A DNA stretch of 64,000 nucleotides from a virus, in IMG/VR virus record IMGVR_UViG_3300046787_000130, positions 32,001-96,000 of that record. One strand, written 5' to 3'. How positions within the stretch are numbered: position 1 is the stretch's first letter; every line of letters begins with the position of its first letter. The translations under genes and the position numbers were made by a program. Positions 10,545 to 22,260 of this stretch are shown here, one piece after another. The notes under the pieces were generated by a model. That model ran no database searches. It was not told where the DNA came from and worked only from the letters and a program-made list of their open reading frames with translations.

Positions 10545-11249
10545 ATGAGACATCAATTATTGTTCGGAACAACTCGCGGATATCAAGTTGACCTTAACCC
10601 AGGTGGAGGTTCGTTTTCTGCTACAACCTATGATACATTAGGTATTGCTGGAACTACAATTGGTACTAGCGGAAGTTTAACTATTCCTTCCGGCGCTGCG
10701 CAGATTGTCGTAGAAATCTGGGGCGGCGGCGGTGGCGGTGCTGGCGGCTATTATGACACTAACGATTATGGTGGCGGTGGCGGCGGTTCTGGTGGTTACA
10801 CTAAGATAACACGCGCTCTTGTTTCTGGAGATGTAGGTAAAAGCGTATCTTGGTCTAGAGGCGCAAAAGGTGTTGCTGGAACAAATGAAATTGCACCTAA
10901 TTCTTCAGTTGTTTGTCCCGGTACTAATGGCGGGCAATCTACCTCTGCTGGCGCTACGTTAACAAATAGTTTTAGCATCACTGCGGGCGGCGGTCAAGGT
11001 GGTCAAATTGATACCACGGCACCATTTACGAGTGGCGGCAGTGCCGGTACTACTTCTGGCGGTGATGCCGGCAGCAGTGCTGGTACAGCAGGAACTACTG
11101 GTAGCACTGATACTATTGGTCTCGGAGGTGCCGCTAAAGTTGGCATTAGTAGCAGAAGTGCTGGTGCTGCAGGTGATGGTGGATTATATTTGGGTGGAGA
11201 TATTCCAACTGATGGTGGAGATGGTAGAGTTATTATCTATCTCACCTAA
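10545..11249 (+). CDS. Glycine-rich domain protein (putative fibre tip/adhesin)
   Basis: VEIWGGGGGGAGG...GGGGGSGGY...GGDGRVIIY pattern of phage Gly-rich tip domains. Confidence 0.6.
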   Translation: MRHQLLFGTTRGYQVDLNPGGGSFSATTYDTLGIAGTTIGTSGSLTIPSGAAQIVVEIWGGGGGGAGGYYDTNDYGGGGGGSGGYTKITRALVSGDVGKSVSWSRGAKGVAGTNEIAPNSSVVCPGTNGGQSTSAGATLTNSFSITAGGGQGGQIDTTAPFTSGGSAGTTSGGDAGSSAGTAGTTGSTDTIGLGGAAKVGISSRSAGAAGDGGLYLGGDIPTDGGDGRVIIYLT

Positions 11250-11280
11250 ATACATGATACTCTAACGCAGAGACGCTATC

Positions 11281-11613
11281 ATGGCATATGTAGAACTTAC
11301 CATCGACCAAGGCACCACATTCGAAACTTCTGTAAGTTTGACGAATGATGACCAGACCGCAATTAATATCACAAATTATGGGTTTGCATCCCAAATTCGC
11401 AAATCATACTACTCAACAAATCCTGTTGCTAACCTTACAGTAACCATTGCGGATGCTGCTACAGGTAATGTTAAACTATCTATGACGGCTGCTAATACCG
11501 CTAATGTTAGGGCTGGTAGATACCTTTATGACCTAATAATGACTGATACTGGCGGCGTAAAAACTAGGGTGATTGAAGGAATTATTACCGTCACTCCACA
11601 GGTTACTAGATGA
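11281..11613 (+). CDS. Small virion structural protein (fibre adaptor-like)
   Basis: LTIDQGTTF...SQIRKSY...GRYLYDL...TRVIEGIITVTPQVT, a common T4-like structural family. Preceded by a TAAATA late promoter. Confidence 0.65.
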   Translation: MAYVELTIDQGTTFETSVSLTNDDQTAINITNYGFASQIRKSYYSTNPVANLTVTIADAATGNVKLSMTAANTANVRAGRYLYDLIMTDTGGVKTRVIEGIITVTPQVTR

Positions 11614-12386
11614 AAATTAATGTAACGAATAACAATAAAGTTGGTGGCGTTACAGTATCAACATCGCCATCAGTAGATAAGGTTAGCCTTAAAAGCGGCG
11701 CACCTGGTCCTGTAGGTTTAACTGGCGCACAAGGCACTCAAGGTACACAAGGTGCTGGTAGCCCCGGTTCTCAGGGCGCTCAAGGTGCTCAGGGCGCACA
11801 AGGCGTACAGGGTTCAGGTAGCCAAGGTATTCAAGGACTACAAGGTGTACAAGGCTTAACAGGCGCTGGTAGTCAAGGCGCTCAAGGAACTGCAGGTTCT
11901 GGTGTTCAAGGCGCTCAAGGTGTTCAAGGGACGTCAATCCAAGGGGCTCAAGGAACAAGCGTCCAAGGCGTTCAAGGAACTTATGGACCCCAAGGAACTC
12001 AAGGAATTCAAGGGATAACTGGAAGCGTCTCTCTTTGGTCAAGAAAAACTAGTAATTATACTACCTCAAGTAAAGATAGAATTATCGCGGATACATCAGG
12101 CGGTGCATTTACTATTACGCTTCCAGCAACTCCTGTAACTGGTGATTTTATTTCTATCTATGATGGTGCAGATTTTAGTGCAAATCCTCCAATAGTAGAC
12201 AGAAATGGTTCTACAATTGAAGGATATGCTGATAACGTTGCGCTGGATATCGGTGGAACAACATACGATTTTGTTTATGACGGGACGACTTGGGAAATTA
12301 CTGCTGCATTAGGAAAACAAGGCATACAAGGTGCTACTGGTACTGGCGGTACTGGATTAGATATTTTTATGCTGATGGGAGTTTAA
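11610..12386 (+). CDS. Collagen-like protein with a gp9/gp10-like domain
   Basis: G-X-Q repeats followed by NYT...IADTSGGAFTITLPATP..GD.I...FVYDGTTW. Confidence 0.6.
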   Translation: MKINVTNNNKVGGVTVSTSPSVDKVSLKSGAPGPVGLTGAQGTQGTQGAGSPGSQGAQGAQGAQGVQGSGSQGIQGLQGVQGLTGAGSQGAQGTAGSGVQGAQGVQGTSIQGAQGTSVQGVQGTYGPQGTQGIQGITGSVSLWSRKTSNYTTSSKDRIIADTSGGAFTITLPATPVTGDFISIYDGADFSANPPIVDRNGSTIEGYADNVALDIGGTTYDFVYDGTTWEITAALGKQGIQGATGTGGTGLDIFMLMGV

Positions 12387-12390
12387 GGGA

Positions 12391-12717
12391 ATGGCAACAA
12401 CATATAAGGTGCTTGGTCAATCTGCACCATCAGCAACAACCAATACAGATTTGTATACCGTTCCGTCAGCAAATTCTGCGGTGTGCTCTACAATAGCAAT
12501 CTGTAATCGCAGCACTTCAGCAAACTATAGAGTAGCAGTTAGACCAGCAGGTGCGGCAATCGCAAATCAGCACTACATCATATATGACAATTATGTAAAT
12601 CAATATGATACGGTATTTTTAACTTTGGGCATAACTCTCGCAGAAACAGATGTTGTTACAGTATATGCTGGTAGCGCAAACCTTTCATTTTCGCTATTTG
12701 GTTCGGAAATAGCCTAA
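12391..12717 (+). CDS. Small virion structural protein
   Basis: YKVLGQSAPSATTNTDLYTVP...LGITL...SFSLFGSEI, a common small beta-sandwich family in phage fibre regions. Confidence 0.55.
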   Translation: MATTYKVLGQSAPSATTNTDLYTVPSANSAVCSTIAICNRSTSANYRVAVRPAGAAIANQHYIIYDNYVNQYDTVFLTLGITLAETDVVTVYAGSANLSFSLFGSEIA

Positions 12718-12718
12718 T

Positions 12719-15187
12719 ATGAGCATTAGAACGGGGCTAACATCTGGATTATCATCTAGACACACGTTCAATGTAACACCGCCATTAGCCGATGGAATTC
12801 CAGCATCCCCCGTAGATACCTGGGTTCGCAATCCATCTTGGCCAACACTAACTGAAGTTGGCGCTAGTGAGCAAAAATTAATTGGGTTAATGGCAGTCTT
12901 TCCAAAATCAAACTTTGCTGCAGTTAATGCTACTGGCAATTACACGGTTGATTGGGGTGATGGTACTGTCACCAATTATAGCAGTGGCGTACAAGCAAAC
13001 TACTCACATAGTTTTGCTAGTGCTGCATTAGCAAATACGGATGCGCCGGTAACACTTACTGCATCAACTGACTTGGTTTCTAGAACTGCTCACGGTTACT
13101 CAAATGGTATGATAGTAACCTTATGGAATCTTAGCGGCGGCGCAGGTCTAACTGATGCGCAACAATATTATGTCGTTAACGCAACCGCAGATACATTTCA
13201 AGTAAGTTCATCCGTTGGCGGAGCAGCCATTGATATTACTACAGATGGCACTGCTACGCTATTACCATATAAGATTGCTATTGTAACAATTACGCCACAG
13301 GCTGGTGCAAATCTTACTACCTTCAATCTTAACGTTAAAAATAGCACTAGCGGATTGTTGTTATATGAAACTGGTTGGTTGGATATTAGCGTAGGAAGCC
13401 CTAATTTTAGCGCAACAATAACTTCGATTAGCATAACTGATGGCGCTGGCGTAGAGAATGTAGCCAAAAATATGCTTGAGCGAGTCTCTGTAGTCAACTT
13501 AGGCTCGGCTACCGCTTGTTCTTTTAGATTGTTACGCGGGTTAAGACGTATTGTTATGGGAAGTACGTCTAACATTACTAGCACGGCTAATATGTTTAAC
13601 GGATGCACGGCTTTACAAACTATCCCGCTGTTTGATACTTCAAAAGTAACCAGTGTTAACAATATGCACAATAATTGTGCGGCATTAACTTCAGTTCCTT
13701 TATATAATCTTCCGCTGTGTACTGACTTCAATCTTATGTTTAGTTCATGCTACTCATTGACGTCAGTACCTGCATATAACACGTCCAATGCAACCTCAAT
13801 GATACAGACGTTTCAAAACTGTTATTCATTAATAACTGTACCCTTATTTGATACCGCAAAAGTCACTACTATGGCTAACATGTTTAGCAATTGCTTTTCA
13901 TTAACGTCTGTTCCGTTGTTTAATACGGCTGCAGTTACAAATATGGGGGCTATGTTTCAAAATTGCCTAACGCTAAAATTAGCACCATTGTTTAATACCG
14001 CAAACGTAACTAGCATGGGTAGCATGTTCTTAAACTGCACTTTGCTAACTACGGTGCCATTATTTGATACCGCAAAAGTTACCAGCATGTCTAGTATGTT
14101 TCAAGGTTGCTTTGAATTAAAGACGGTTCCATTTTTTAACACTGCCGCAGTAACCAGTATGGCTACCATGTTTGCAAACTGCTCAGCATTAACTGAGGTA
14201 CCATTTTTTAGTACTGCAGCAGTTACTGCTATGAATTCTATGTTTAGCGGTTGTAGCGCATTGACTACTGTTCCATTATTTAATACATCTAATGTAACTA
14301 CAATGCAACAGATGTTCCAGAACTGCTATTCTTTATTATCCGTACCATTATTTGACACAGTAAAAGTTAATAATATGGCTAGCATGTTTAGCGGCTGTAA
14401 AACTTTGCTTAATGTTCCTCTATTTAATACAGTTGCCGTAACAAATATGGGAAGTATGTTTAATAGTTGTGCCGTATTATTATCAGTTCCTTCGTTTAAT
14501 ACAGTTGCCGTAACAAATATGGGAAGTATGTTTTTAGGATGTTCTGCGCTATTAACCGTCCCGTTGTTTAATACTTCTCTTGTAACTGATTTTTCGTATA
14601 TGTTTAGCGGTTGCACCACTTTACAATCGGTTCCATTATTTGATACGTCTAAAGCAACAAGTATGCTTGCAATGTTCGTTAGTTGCTATTCTCTTAGAAC
14701 AATACCGCAATTTAACACGCCGCTAGTGTTAAATTGCAATAATATGTTTTTAGGGTGCTATAACCTAATATCGGTGCCATTATTCAACACGGCAAATGTT
14801 ACTACTATGAATTTGATGTTTAATGGATGTGCTGCTCTTAGAAAAATTCCAGCATTTAATACATCAAAAGTTACTGATTTCGGTAATATATTTCAAAACT
14901 GTACTACATTGTTAGAAATACCTGCGTTAAGCGGTGCTGCCGCAACGTCTGCAACAACATATTCAAACATGTTCCTTTCATGTCCCTCTGTTTCTAGGAT
15001 TGCAATTACAGGATTTAAATATACATTTAGCGTTGCAAGTTGCAAACTTAGCGCGACTGAACTGGATGAAATATATACAAATTTGGCAACTGTTGTAGGT
15101 CAAACAATAACCGTAACAGGTAATTATGGGGTAACATCAGATACCCCATCTATCGCTACTGCTAAAGGTTGGACGGTGACAGGATAA
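12719..15187 (+). CDS. BspA/DUF285-like leucine-rich repeat surface protein
   Basis: About 20 tandem 22-aa repeats (VPLFNTxxVTxMxxMFxxCxxLxx); PKD-like VDWGDG near the N-terminus; C-terminal IATAKGWTVTG. Confidence 0.8.
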   Translation: MSIRTGLTSGLSSRHTFNVTPPLADGIPASPVDTWVRNPSWPTLTEVGASEQKLIGLMAVFPKSNFAAVNATGNYTVDWGDGTVTNYSSGVQANYSHSFASAALANTDAPVTLTASTDLVSRTAHGYSNGMIVTLWNLSGGAGLTDAQQYYVVNATADTFQVSSSVGGAAIDITTDGTATLLPYKIAIVTITPQAGANLTTFNLNVKNSTSGLLLYETGWLDISVGSPNFSATITSISITDGAGVENVAKNMLERVSVVNLGSATACSFRLLRGLRRIVMGSTSNITSTANMFNGCTALQTIPLFDTSKVTSVNNMHNNCAALTSVPLYNLPLCTDFNLMFSSCYSLTSVPAYNTSNATSMIQTFQNCYSLITVPLFDTAKVTTMANMFSNCFSLTSVPLFNTAAVTNMGAMFQNCLTLKLAPLFNTANVTSMGSMFLNCTLLTTVPLFDTAKVTSMSSMFQGCFELKTVPFFNTAAVTSMATMFANCSALTEVPFFSTAAVTAMNSMFSGCSALTTVPLFNTSNVTTMQQMFQNCYSLLSVPLFDTVKVNNMASMFSGCKTLLNVPLFNTVAVTNMGSMFNSCAVLLSVPSFNTVAVTNMGSMFLGCSALLTVPLFNTSLVTDFSYMFSGCTTLQSVPLFDTSKATSMLAMFVSCYSLRTIPQFNTPLVLNCNNMFLGCYNLISVPLFNTANVTTMNLMFNGCAALRKIPAFNTSKVTDFGNIFQNCTTLLEIPALSGAAATSATTYSNMFLSCPSVSRIAITGFKYTFSVASCKLSATELDEIYTNLATVVGQTITVTGNYGVTSDTPSIATAKGWTVTG

Positions 15188-15191
15188 AAAA

Positions 15192-15380
15192 ATGGAAGAC
15201 ACATCAGGTTTTTATAAATTAGATGGAACACTGCTATACGGACCAAATTTCGTATATAATGCAAATTATACGCTACTTCGCGAAGAGCACGCTAATCATT
15301 CCTATCCTATAGATGGTTGGTACTGGTTTGATTCAGAAAATGCTGCTCGTTTGTTTTTTGAATTACCTATTGAAACGTGA
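15192..15380 (+). CDS. Small hypothetical protein, companion of the repeat protein
   Basis: 62 aa ORF (SGFYK...GPNFV...YPIDGWYWFDSE) starting 4 nt after the BspA-like gene. Confidence 0.55.
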   Translation: MEDTSGFYKLDGTLLYGPNFVYNANYTLLREEHANHSYPIDGWYWFDSENAARLFFELPIET

Positions 15381-15416
15381 TGGAATAAATAAGTAACCCT
15401 TGTATGGATACCTAGA

Positions 15417-18400
15417 ATGACAATAAACGTTTCAACAATAATCGGAGCAAACATACCAGCAGGTGCGCAAGGTGTTCAAGGCGCTACTGGTAACCAAGGT
15501 TTGCAAGGTTCCGGTGCGCAGGGCGCAACTGGTTCTCAAGGCGCGCAAGGTTTACAAGGGTCTGGCGCTCAAGGTTCTCAGGGCGCACAAGGTCTTCAAG
15601 GTTCCGGTTCTCAAGGAACTCAAGGACTACAAGGCGTTCAAGGTCTACAAGGTCTACAAGGTTTACAAGGGTCTGGCGCCCAAGGAACTACAGGTAGCCA
15701 AGGCACTACGGGTTTTCAAGGCGTTCAGGGTTCTCAAGGACTACAAGGCAACCAAGGCGTTCAGGGTTCTCAAGGACTACAAGGCAACCAAGGCGCTCAG
15801 GGTTCTCAAGGACTACAAGGTTTACAAGGTCTTCAAGGCTTACAAGGTCGCCAAGGACCACAAGGTTCTCAAGGCTTAACTGGCAATCAAGGCTCCCAAG
15901 GTTCTCAGGGTGCAACTGGTAACCAAGGTGCTCAAGGTTCAGGAAGTCAAGGTTCTCAAGGAACTCAAGGCGCTCAAGGCTTAGGTTCTCAAGGTACTCA
16001 AGGTCCAGCAGGAACAGCATCATCTCAAGGTTCTCAAGGAACTCAAGGCACTCAGGGTACACAAGGTTCAGGTTCTCAAGGTACTCAAGGTCCAGCAGGA
16101 ACAGCATCATCTCAAGGTTCTCAAGGAACTCAAGGCACTCAGGGTACACAAGGTTCAGGTTCTCAAGGCACTACGGGTTCTACTGGTAATCAGGGTGCGC
16201 AAGGAACTCAAGGCTTAACTGGCAATCAAGGTGCTCAGGGTTCGCAAGGGTTAACTGGTAACCAAGGTACTACCGGCACTACGGGTTCTCAAGGCGCACA
16301 AGGTCTTCAAGGCAACCAAGGCGCTCAGGGTTTACAAGGAACGCAAGGCGTACAAGGACCACAGGGATTAACTGGCAACCAAGGTACTACAGGCACTACG
16401 GGTTCTCAAGGCGCTCAAGGTTCTCAAGGCAACCAAGGTGCTCAGGGTTCCCAAGGACCGCAAGGTACGCAAGGATTACAAGGCGCGCAAGGTTTACAGG
16501 GCACTCAAGGTCTTCAAGGCAACCAAGGTACTCAGGGTCTTCAAGGTCTTCAAGGTCGCTTAGGTTCTCAAGGCGCTCAAGGTTCCCAGGGACCACAAGG
16601 CGTGCAGGGTCTACAAGGCAACCAAGGCGCTCAAGGTCTTCAGGGTATTCAAGGCGCGCAAGGCGCATTAGGTGTTCAAGGTACTCAAGGCGCAGATGCA
16701 GGTTATACGGCTATTGCCGCTGCTACCGGCGACGTACATGGGGTTGTAAGCAGAAGCGCAGCAACACTATCCTTTAATGATGGTACAAGACAGTTTACAA
16801 TTGCGCCAGTATCTGGCTCTTGGACATTCTATCATAAGGGTGTGCTACACACTATCAGCACCTCTTTGTCAATAACGATTGCCAATACTTCTGGCGCAAG
16901 ATTTATTCGTATTGACCCTAACACCGATACTCTTGTTGAAGGCGGGTCTGTTCCTGACTTTAAGAATGATACTATCGTTGCATACATTTACTACAATGCT
17001 GCAACTGGTAAGGGTTTAATTCTTGGTGATGAACGTCACGGATTTGAACGTGATACAACATGGCACTCAAATCAACATCTAAACGTAGGAACAATCTGGC
17101 GTTCTGGCGGTACGATATCATACACATTAGCAGATGATACTGCTGTTAATATCGGAGTTGGAACACCACTTCTAATTGCTGACGAAGATTTGTTGCATAC
17201 AATTACCCACTCAGCATCTCCATCAGCTGACTATGAACAGATTCTAACGACATCTGCATCATTGCAAGTATTGTATCTTGATGGTAATGGTTACTATGCT
17301 AACACTGCACCAAGTACAACTCCATGGGTTGCTGGTACATCTCTAGCAAGATACAATTCAGTATCAGCAGGATTAGGTTCTCTAGTAGATGCAACTGAAG
17401 GTGAGTATATCACTTACTGGTTGATTGCAACTAATGACACTAGAAATCCTGTTAAGTTGGTAATGGGTCGCGCATCACACGCAAGTATTGATGATGCTTA
17501 CGCTGAAGAATTCCAAGAGTATGGATTGTCATTTGCTGAACAGGTATTCATGTACCAGATTGTTCTGCAAACAAGTTCAGCATTTACTAACAATACACCT
17601 AGAGTAGAGATTGCTGCTGTTCGTAAGGTGCTAAGCAAGTTAGCAACTTCAGCATCTACTGTAACTGCTTCTTCACACGGAAGTTTGACTGGTCGCGATT
17701 CCGCAGACCAGCACCCAACTTCTGCGATTACAGGACTAGACTCTACATTAACTAGCATCTATACTGCGGCAAACGGTGCTGCTAATGCTGTTATGGTATC
17801 GGCTAACAGTGGTTCTACTCTAGCAGGCAAGCAACTAAACTTTGTCAATACATCTACAATTCTTGTTTCTGTTGGAGCAGGAACTGGTAGCAACGCAAAT
17901 ATCTCCTTTACAGTAGATAACACTAATCCTGCACTACTTGGTCCGCAAGGTGTTCAGGGTGTCCAAGGAACACAAGGATTACAAGGTTTACAAGGCGCAG
18001 AAGGACCACCTCCTGCCACTACAACATATACTGCACAGTCAATATCTTTGACAGATGGCGTTTATGTTTCTGGCGCTTTGTCTGACATTCAAACATTTAA
18101 TGATGGTAACCAATACATTCTAACTGACGGTTCAACCGCCGGACCAGCATGGATTGTTACTGTTGGATTTACTGGTGTTACATCCTTCAATCAAGTTGAT
18201 TTGAATATTGCATATACTCAATCTTCCGGTCACACTATCTATATCCAATTATGGAATTACAATACTTCTACTTATGATAACATTGGTTACTATAATGGTC
18301 TTGGCGGATATCAACAATTCCAACTTGGCGTAATCTCTTATACCAATTACATTAGCGGCGGCGCTGTAACTGTAAGATTGTACCACAGCAATACCGGTAA

Positions 18401-20024
18401 TCCTGCGCACCAAACAAATATTGACTTTGTTGCTATCTTAGATACGCCAGCTGGTGGTCAGGGTCTAAGAGGACTACAAGGTACTACTGGTTCTCAAGGT
18501 GCTCAGGGCTTACAAGGAACGCAAGGTAATCAAGGTCTTCAAGGTTTAACTGGCTCTACAGGTTCTCAGGGTTCCCAAGGCGCTCAAGGCAACCAAGGAT
18601 TGCAGGGACTACAAGGACTTCAGGGACGTCAAGGTCCACAGGGACCACAGGGATTACAAGGACTAACTGGCTCTCAGGGTTCCCAAGGTGCTCAAGGACT
18701 AATCGGTACTACGGGCAATCAAGGCGCTCAAGGCACTCAGGGCTTAACTGGTAACCAAGGTGCTCAGGGTACTATTGGTACAACTGGCTCTCAAGGTTCT
18801 CAAGGTACAACTGGTTCTACTGGTAATCAGGGTGCGCAAGGAACTCAGGGCGCTCAAGGTTTACAGGGTCTTCAAGGTTTACAAGGACTAATCGGTACTA
18901 CGGGCAATCAAGGTGCTCAAGGCGCTCAGGGTAATCAAGGACTACAAGGATTACAAGGCGCTCAGGGTAATCAAGGGCTTCAGGGGTTACAGGGGTTACA
19001 GGGACGCCAAGGACCGCAAGGTTCACAAGGGCTACAAGGATTAACTGGCAATCAGGGTGCTCAAGGTTCTCAAGGTACTACTGGTAGCCAAGGTGCACAA
19101 GGCACTCAGGGATTACAGGGTCTTCAGGGTTCAGGCGCTCAGGGGTTACAAGGATTACAAGGTTTAATTGGTACTACGGGCAATCAGGGTGCTCAAGGTT
19201 CTCAAGGTTTGCAAGGCTTAACTGGTGTTGGTAGTCAAGGCGCTCAAGGTACTCAAGGACCACAAGGACTTCAAGGATTGCAGGGTTCTGGCGCGCAAGG
19301 TTCTACTGGTACTACAGGCTCTCAGGGTTCTCAAGGTGCTCAGGGTCTAACTGGTACTGGTAGCCAAGGTTCTCAAGGTCCACAAGGATTACAGGGACTT
19401 CAAGGTTTACAGGGATTACAGGGACTCCAAGGTCTAACTGGTACTGGTAGCCAAGGTTCTCAAGGTCCACAAGGATTACAGGGTTTACAAGGACTACAAG
19501 GCAACCAAGGGCTACAAGGTCTACAGGGACTACAAGGTCGCCAAGGACCACAGGGTCCACAAGGCTTACAGGGATTAACTGGTACTGGTAGCCAAGGTTC
19601 TCAAGGTCCACAAGGCTTGCAAGGTCTACAAGGTCTTACTGGTTCTGGTTCTCAGGGCGCTCAAGGTGCTACTGGTGGTGGCGGCGGTGGCGCAACATAC
19701 TTCACCTTTGGTGGTACAGGAACACCAACAACAGGCACAGACAAGACGCCATATCTTCTCGTGCCAGGAACTCTAACTGCATCATTAGGTAGTTTGGTTG
19801 CTAAGACGGCTCCTAGTGGCGGCAGTTTTACTGCATCAGTACTAAAATCTTCTGACAATGGTGCAACTTTCCCATCTACTGTAGCATATGTTGAAGTGAC
19901 AACTGGTAACAAGGTAAACACTAATACAACAACAATGTCTCTTGCATCTGGTGATTTATTAAGACTAGATATATCTGCGGTTAATGGCGCAGCAGATTGG
20001 ACATTTACGGTATCCTCATCATGA
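15417..20024 (+). CDS. Long collagen-like fibre protein
   Basis: Two G-X-Q blocks of about 400 aa each, flanking globular beta-rich domains; late promoter upstream. Confidence 0.7.
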   Translation: MTINVSTIIGANIPAGAQGVQGATGNQGLQGSGAQGATGSQGAQGLQGSGAQGSQGAQGLQGSGSQGTQGLQGVQGLQGLQGLQGSGAQGTTGSQGTTGFQGVQGSQGLQGNQGVQGSQGLQGNQGAQGSQGLQGLQGLQGLQGRQGPQGSQGLTGNQGSQGSQGATGNQGAQGSGSQGSQGTQGAQGLGSQGTQGPAGTASSQGSQGTQGTQGTQGSGSQGTQGPAGTASSQGSQGTQGTQGTQGSGSQGTTGSTGNQGAQGTQGLTGNQGAQGSQGLTGNQGTTGTTGSQGAQGLQGNQGAQGLQGTQGVQGPQGLTGNQGTTGTTGSQGAQGSQGNQGAQGSQGPQGTQGLQGAQGLQGTQGLQGNQGTQGLQGLQGRLGSQGAQGSQGPQGVQGLQGNQGAQGLQGIQGAQGALGVQGTQGADAGYTAIAAATGDVHGVVSRSAATLSFNDGTRQFTIAPVSGSWTFYHKGVLHTISTSLSITIANTSGARFIRIDPNTDTLVEGGSVPDFKNDTIVAYIYYNAATGKGLILGDERHGFERDTTWHSNQHLNVGTIWRSGGTISYTLADDTAVNIGVGTPLLIADEDLLHTITHSASPSADYEQILTTSASLQVLYLDGNGYYANTAPSTTPWVAGTSLARYNSVSAGLGSLVDATEGEYITYWLIATNDTRNPVKLVMGRASHASIDDAYAEEFQEYGLSFAEQVFMYQIVLQTSSAFTNNTPRVEIAAVRKVLSKLATSASTVTASSHGSLTGRDSADQHPTSAITGLDSTLTSIYTAANGAANAVMVSANSGSTLAGKQLNFVNTSTILVSVGAGTGSNANISFTVDNTNPALLGPQGVQGVQGTQGLQGLQGAEGPPPATTTYTAQSISLTDGVYVSGALSDIQTFNDGNQYILTDGSTAGPAWIVTVGFTGVTSFNQVDLNIAYTQSSGHTIYIQLWNYNTSTYDNIGYYNGLGGYQQFQLGVISYTNYISGGAVTVRLYHSNTGNPAHQTNIDFVAILDTPAGGQGLRGLQGTTGSQGAQGLQGTQGNQGLQGLTGSTGSQGSQGAQGNQGLQGLQGLQGRQGPQGPQGLQGLTGSQGSQGAQGLIGTTGNQGAQGTQGLTGNQGAQGTIGTTGSQGSQGTTGSTGNQGAQGTQGAQGLQGLQGLQGLIGTTGNQGAQGAQGNQGLQGLQGAQGNQGLQGLQGLQGRQGPQGSQGLQGLTGNQGAQGSQGTTGSQGAQGTQGLQGLQGSGAQGLQGLQGLIGTTGNQGAQGSQGLQGLTGVGSQGAQGTQGPQGLQGLQGSGAQGSTGTTGSQGSQGAQGLTGTGSQGSQGPQGLQGLQGLQGLQGLQGLTGTGSQGSQGPQGLQGLQGLQGNQGLQGLQGLQGRQGPQGPQGLQGLTGTGSQGSQGPQGLQGLQGLTGSGSQGAQGATGGGGGGATYFTFGGTGTPTTGTDKTPYLLVPGTLTASLGSLVAKTAPSGGSFTASVLKSSDNGATFPSTVAYVEVTTGNKVNTNTTTMSLASGDLLRLDISAVNGAADWTFTVSSS

Positions 20025-20200
20025 CATTACTAGCAACTAAAATATCTGAACTTGTAGATGCAGCAATAGCAAATAATGAAGTGTCTGTATGGAGAGGTAT
20101 TCTCTCAACTCAAGAGTGGAAAATTCTTGCTCAGTCTGATGGTAGAGAAGTTCATGTTAAAGCAGTGCGTCGGGATGATGGAGAAGGGGAACCTGAATAA
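20021..20200 (+). CDS. Small hypothetical protein
   Basis: ATGA overlap with the upstream stop and TAATG overlap with the downstream gene; 59 aa. Confidence 0.5.
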   Translation: MTLLATKISELVDAAIANNEVSVWRGILSTQEWKILAQSDGREVHVKAVRRDDGEGEPE

Positions 20201-22218
20201 TGGCTATTAGAACAAAAACTATTGAATACGCTTTTCCATTTTCTACTGCTACTAGAGGAACTGCTGCTGCAACATCATTTACTCAAATTGCAGCACTTGC
20301 TATTCCAGAAACAACTAGTAGAACTTTCCGTTCAGTAATCCTTCAATTTTTTGTTCCTGATGCTGATGATACTGCAACAAGTACTACTGCTGTTGCAATG
20401 AGCATTACTCTTGGTGGTGCTGGCGCAAGTGCCGCTACTCTTACGCAGACTTTAACTAATTCTGGCGAAAACTATTCTATGATGTTTTGGAGAGACGTAA
20501 CTGCGTATTTCCAAACTAACTATACAGGCACATCTATGACTTGTGATGCGTCTGTTACTATTACTGGTCCGCAGACTATTAATCATTGCGCAAAACTTAT
20601 CATTACATATGAATATGACGATAGCGCAGCAACAACAAGAATTAAAACAGTTAAGATACCAATTGATGGTAACATTGGCGCATTAACTACCGCATTAACA
20701 ACTGTTGGGCAGGCTAGCCAGATTCCAGCATTAGATACATTCTTACCAGAATCAACTAAAACATATAGAGACATATTTTTTGAAGTTTGGGGGCATACTG
20801 GTACGACGGCAGCGCAGTCTGGTACATTAACAATGCGTTATAATGGCGCAACGTCATTAACATCCGGACAGTACTCTGACGTTACAGGTAACACTAACAC
20901 GCCCAGCCTTAATACTGATAGAACTATTATCCGCATAGATAAATTGCTAGGTACTCTAGGCACAGCAGGCGCAAATACCGTTGAAGCAAGCGTCACTAGC
21001 GTAACAGCATGTCCATTTAACTGTATTGGTGGTGTTTTAGTTGTCACATATGAATATGACCATTCTGCTTCTACTACTATTCTAAACTCTTTACAGATTC
21101 CAATTATTGACGAAGCCGGATGGATAGGCGGACCGACTTCTGCTGACAAGACTAGATTTAAAGCATCATACTTTGTGCAAGAACCTGGTACTATCTCTTT
21201 AGTGCAATCTGGTGTATTGTTTTCATGCACTGATGCTGGCGCAATAACCTATGTTTTTAATGCTGGAGCGCAGGCAGATAGAACATTTGTACACCCAACA
21301 ACCTTAAGGTCTGGTTGCGTTTTTAGCACTAGAAGAGTAGACTCTGGAGCAACTGGTGGTGCTGGTATAACGCTAGCCAGAGGGTTAAATGACTTTACTT
21401 TTGACTACTATGCAACTTCTGCAACCGCAGGTAACATTGGTTCTAATGCTAGCGGATTGTTATATCTAAATTACACTAGCGGCAAGCATGCTAATGGTGA
21501 TGGTGTGCATGCGCATACTACAAGTTGGATTAATAGACCATATCTAACTGGCGGTTTGGTGCAACGATTGCAATATACCCCTAATACAGTACCGATTATT
21601 AACGAAACAAATTATTGGATTGTATCTACAGGTTTTGAACTTATCATGATGACATCTGGCACTGCTGCAGACGCATTTGGTCTATCATTTCAAGCCGAGT
21701 TATTAGCAGGTGAATCTCAAGGAGCAGGTTGGCAAGACTTTTACAGTTCTATATACGCTTCTGACTCTGAAATGGGCACTTCTGTAATTTGGGCTAGAGC
21801 AAGACCAAACTATAAACGTTATCCAAATGATACTGATACCGATAGAATTAACATAGAAACTTCAAGAGACTTTAGGTTTGACATTCCTATTAACACCGCA
21901 GCGATATTCCAAGCACGTCAACTAGCAACTTGGCATAGTATTACATACACAATTGCAGGTACTATCTCAGGGTCTAATGGTGGCACAGTATCCATTTCAG
22001 CATTTAGAACTGACACTGGAGAAAAGATTGATACCACATCAAGAACTGGCGATGGCGCATACTCAATAACTTGGTATGATAACACCATTCCTATTATTGT
22101 AACAGCATATGAAAGCGCAACTTATAAAGGCATATCAGCAAATCAAGTTGCAGAAAACACTTTTGATATTGATTTGGCTAGTGGTGGTGGTGGACCAACG
22201 TATTATTCTTACATCTAG
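20200..22218 (+). CDS. Hypothetical virion protein with a C-terminal Ig-like domain
   Basis: 672 aa, Thr/Ser/Ala-rich. C-terminal YTIAGTISG...TGEKID...DGAYSI resembles small beta-sandwich domains. Confidence 0.5.
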   Translation: MAIRTKTIEYAFPFSTATRGTAAATSFTQIAALAIPETTSRTFRSVILQFFVPDADDTATSTTAVAMSITLGGAGASAATLTQTLTNSGENYSMMFWRDVTAYFQTNYTGTSMTCDASVTITGPQTINHCAKLIITYEYDDSAATTRIKTVKIPIDGNIGALTTALTTVGQASQIPALDTFLPESTKTYRDIFFEVWGHTGTTAAQSGTLTMRYNGATSLTSGQYSDVTGNTNTPSLNTDRTIIRIDKLLGTLGTAGANTVEASVTSVTACPFNCIGGVLVVTYEYDHSASTTILNSLQIPIIDEAGWIGGPTSADKTRFKASYFVQEPGTISLVQSGVLFSCTDAGAITYVFNAGAQADRTFVHPTTLRSGCVFSTRRVDSGATGGAGITLARGLNDFTFDYYATSATAGNIGSNASGLLYLNYTSGKHANGDGVHAHTTSWINRPYLTGGLVQRLQYTPNTVPIINETNYWIVSTGFELIMMTSGTAADAFGLSFQAELLAGESQGAGWQDFYSSIYASDSEMGTSVIWARARPNYKRYPNDTDTDRINIETSRDFRFDIPINTAAIFQARQLATWHSITYTIAGTISGSNGGTVSISAFRTDTGEKIDTTSRTGDGAYSITWYDNTIPIIVTAYESATYKGISANQVAENTFDIDLASGGGGPTYYSYI

Positions 22219-22260
22219 CGCAGATAAATAGTTGCTGAATTCCTTATTTAAGAGCGCATA

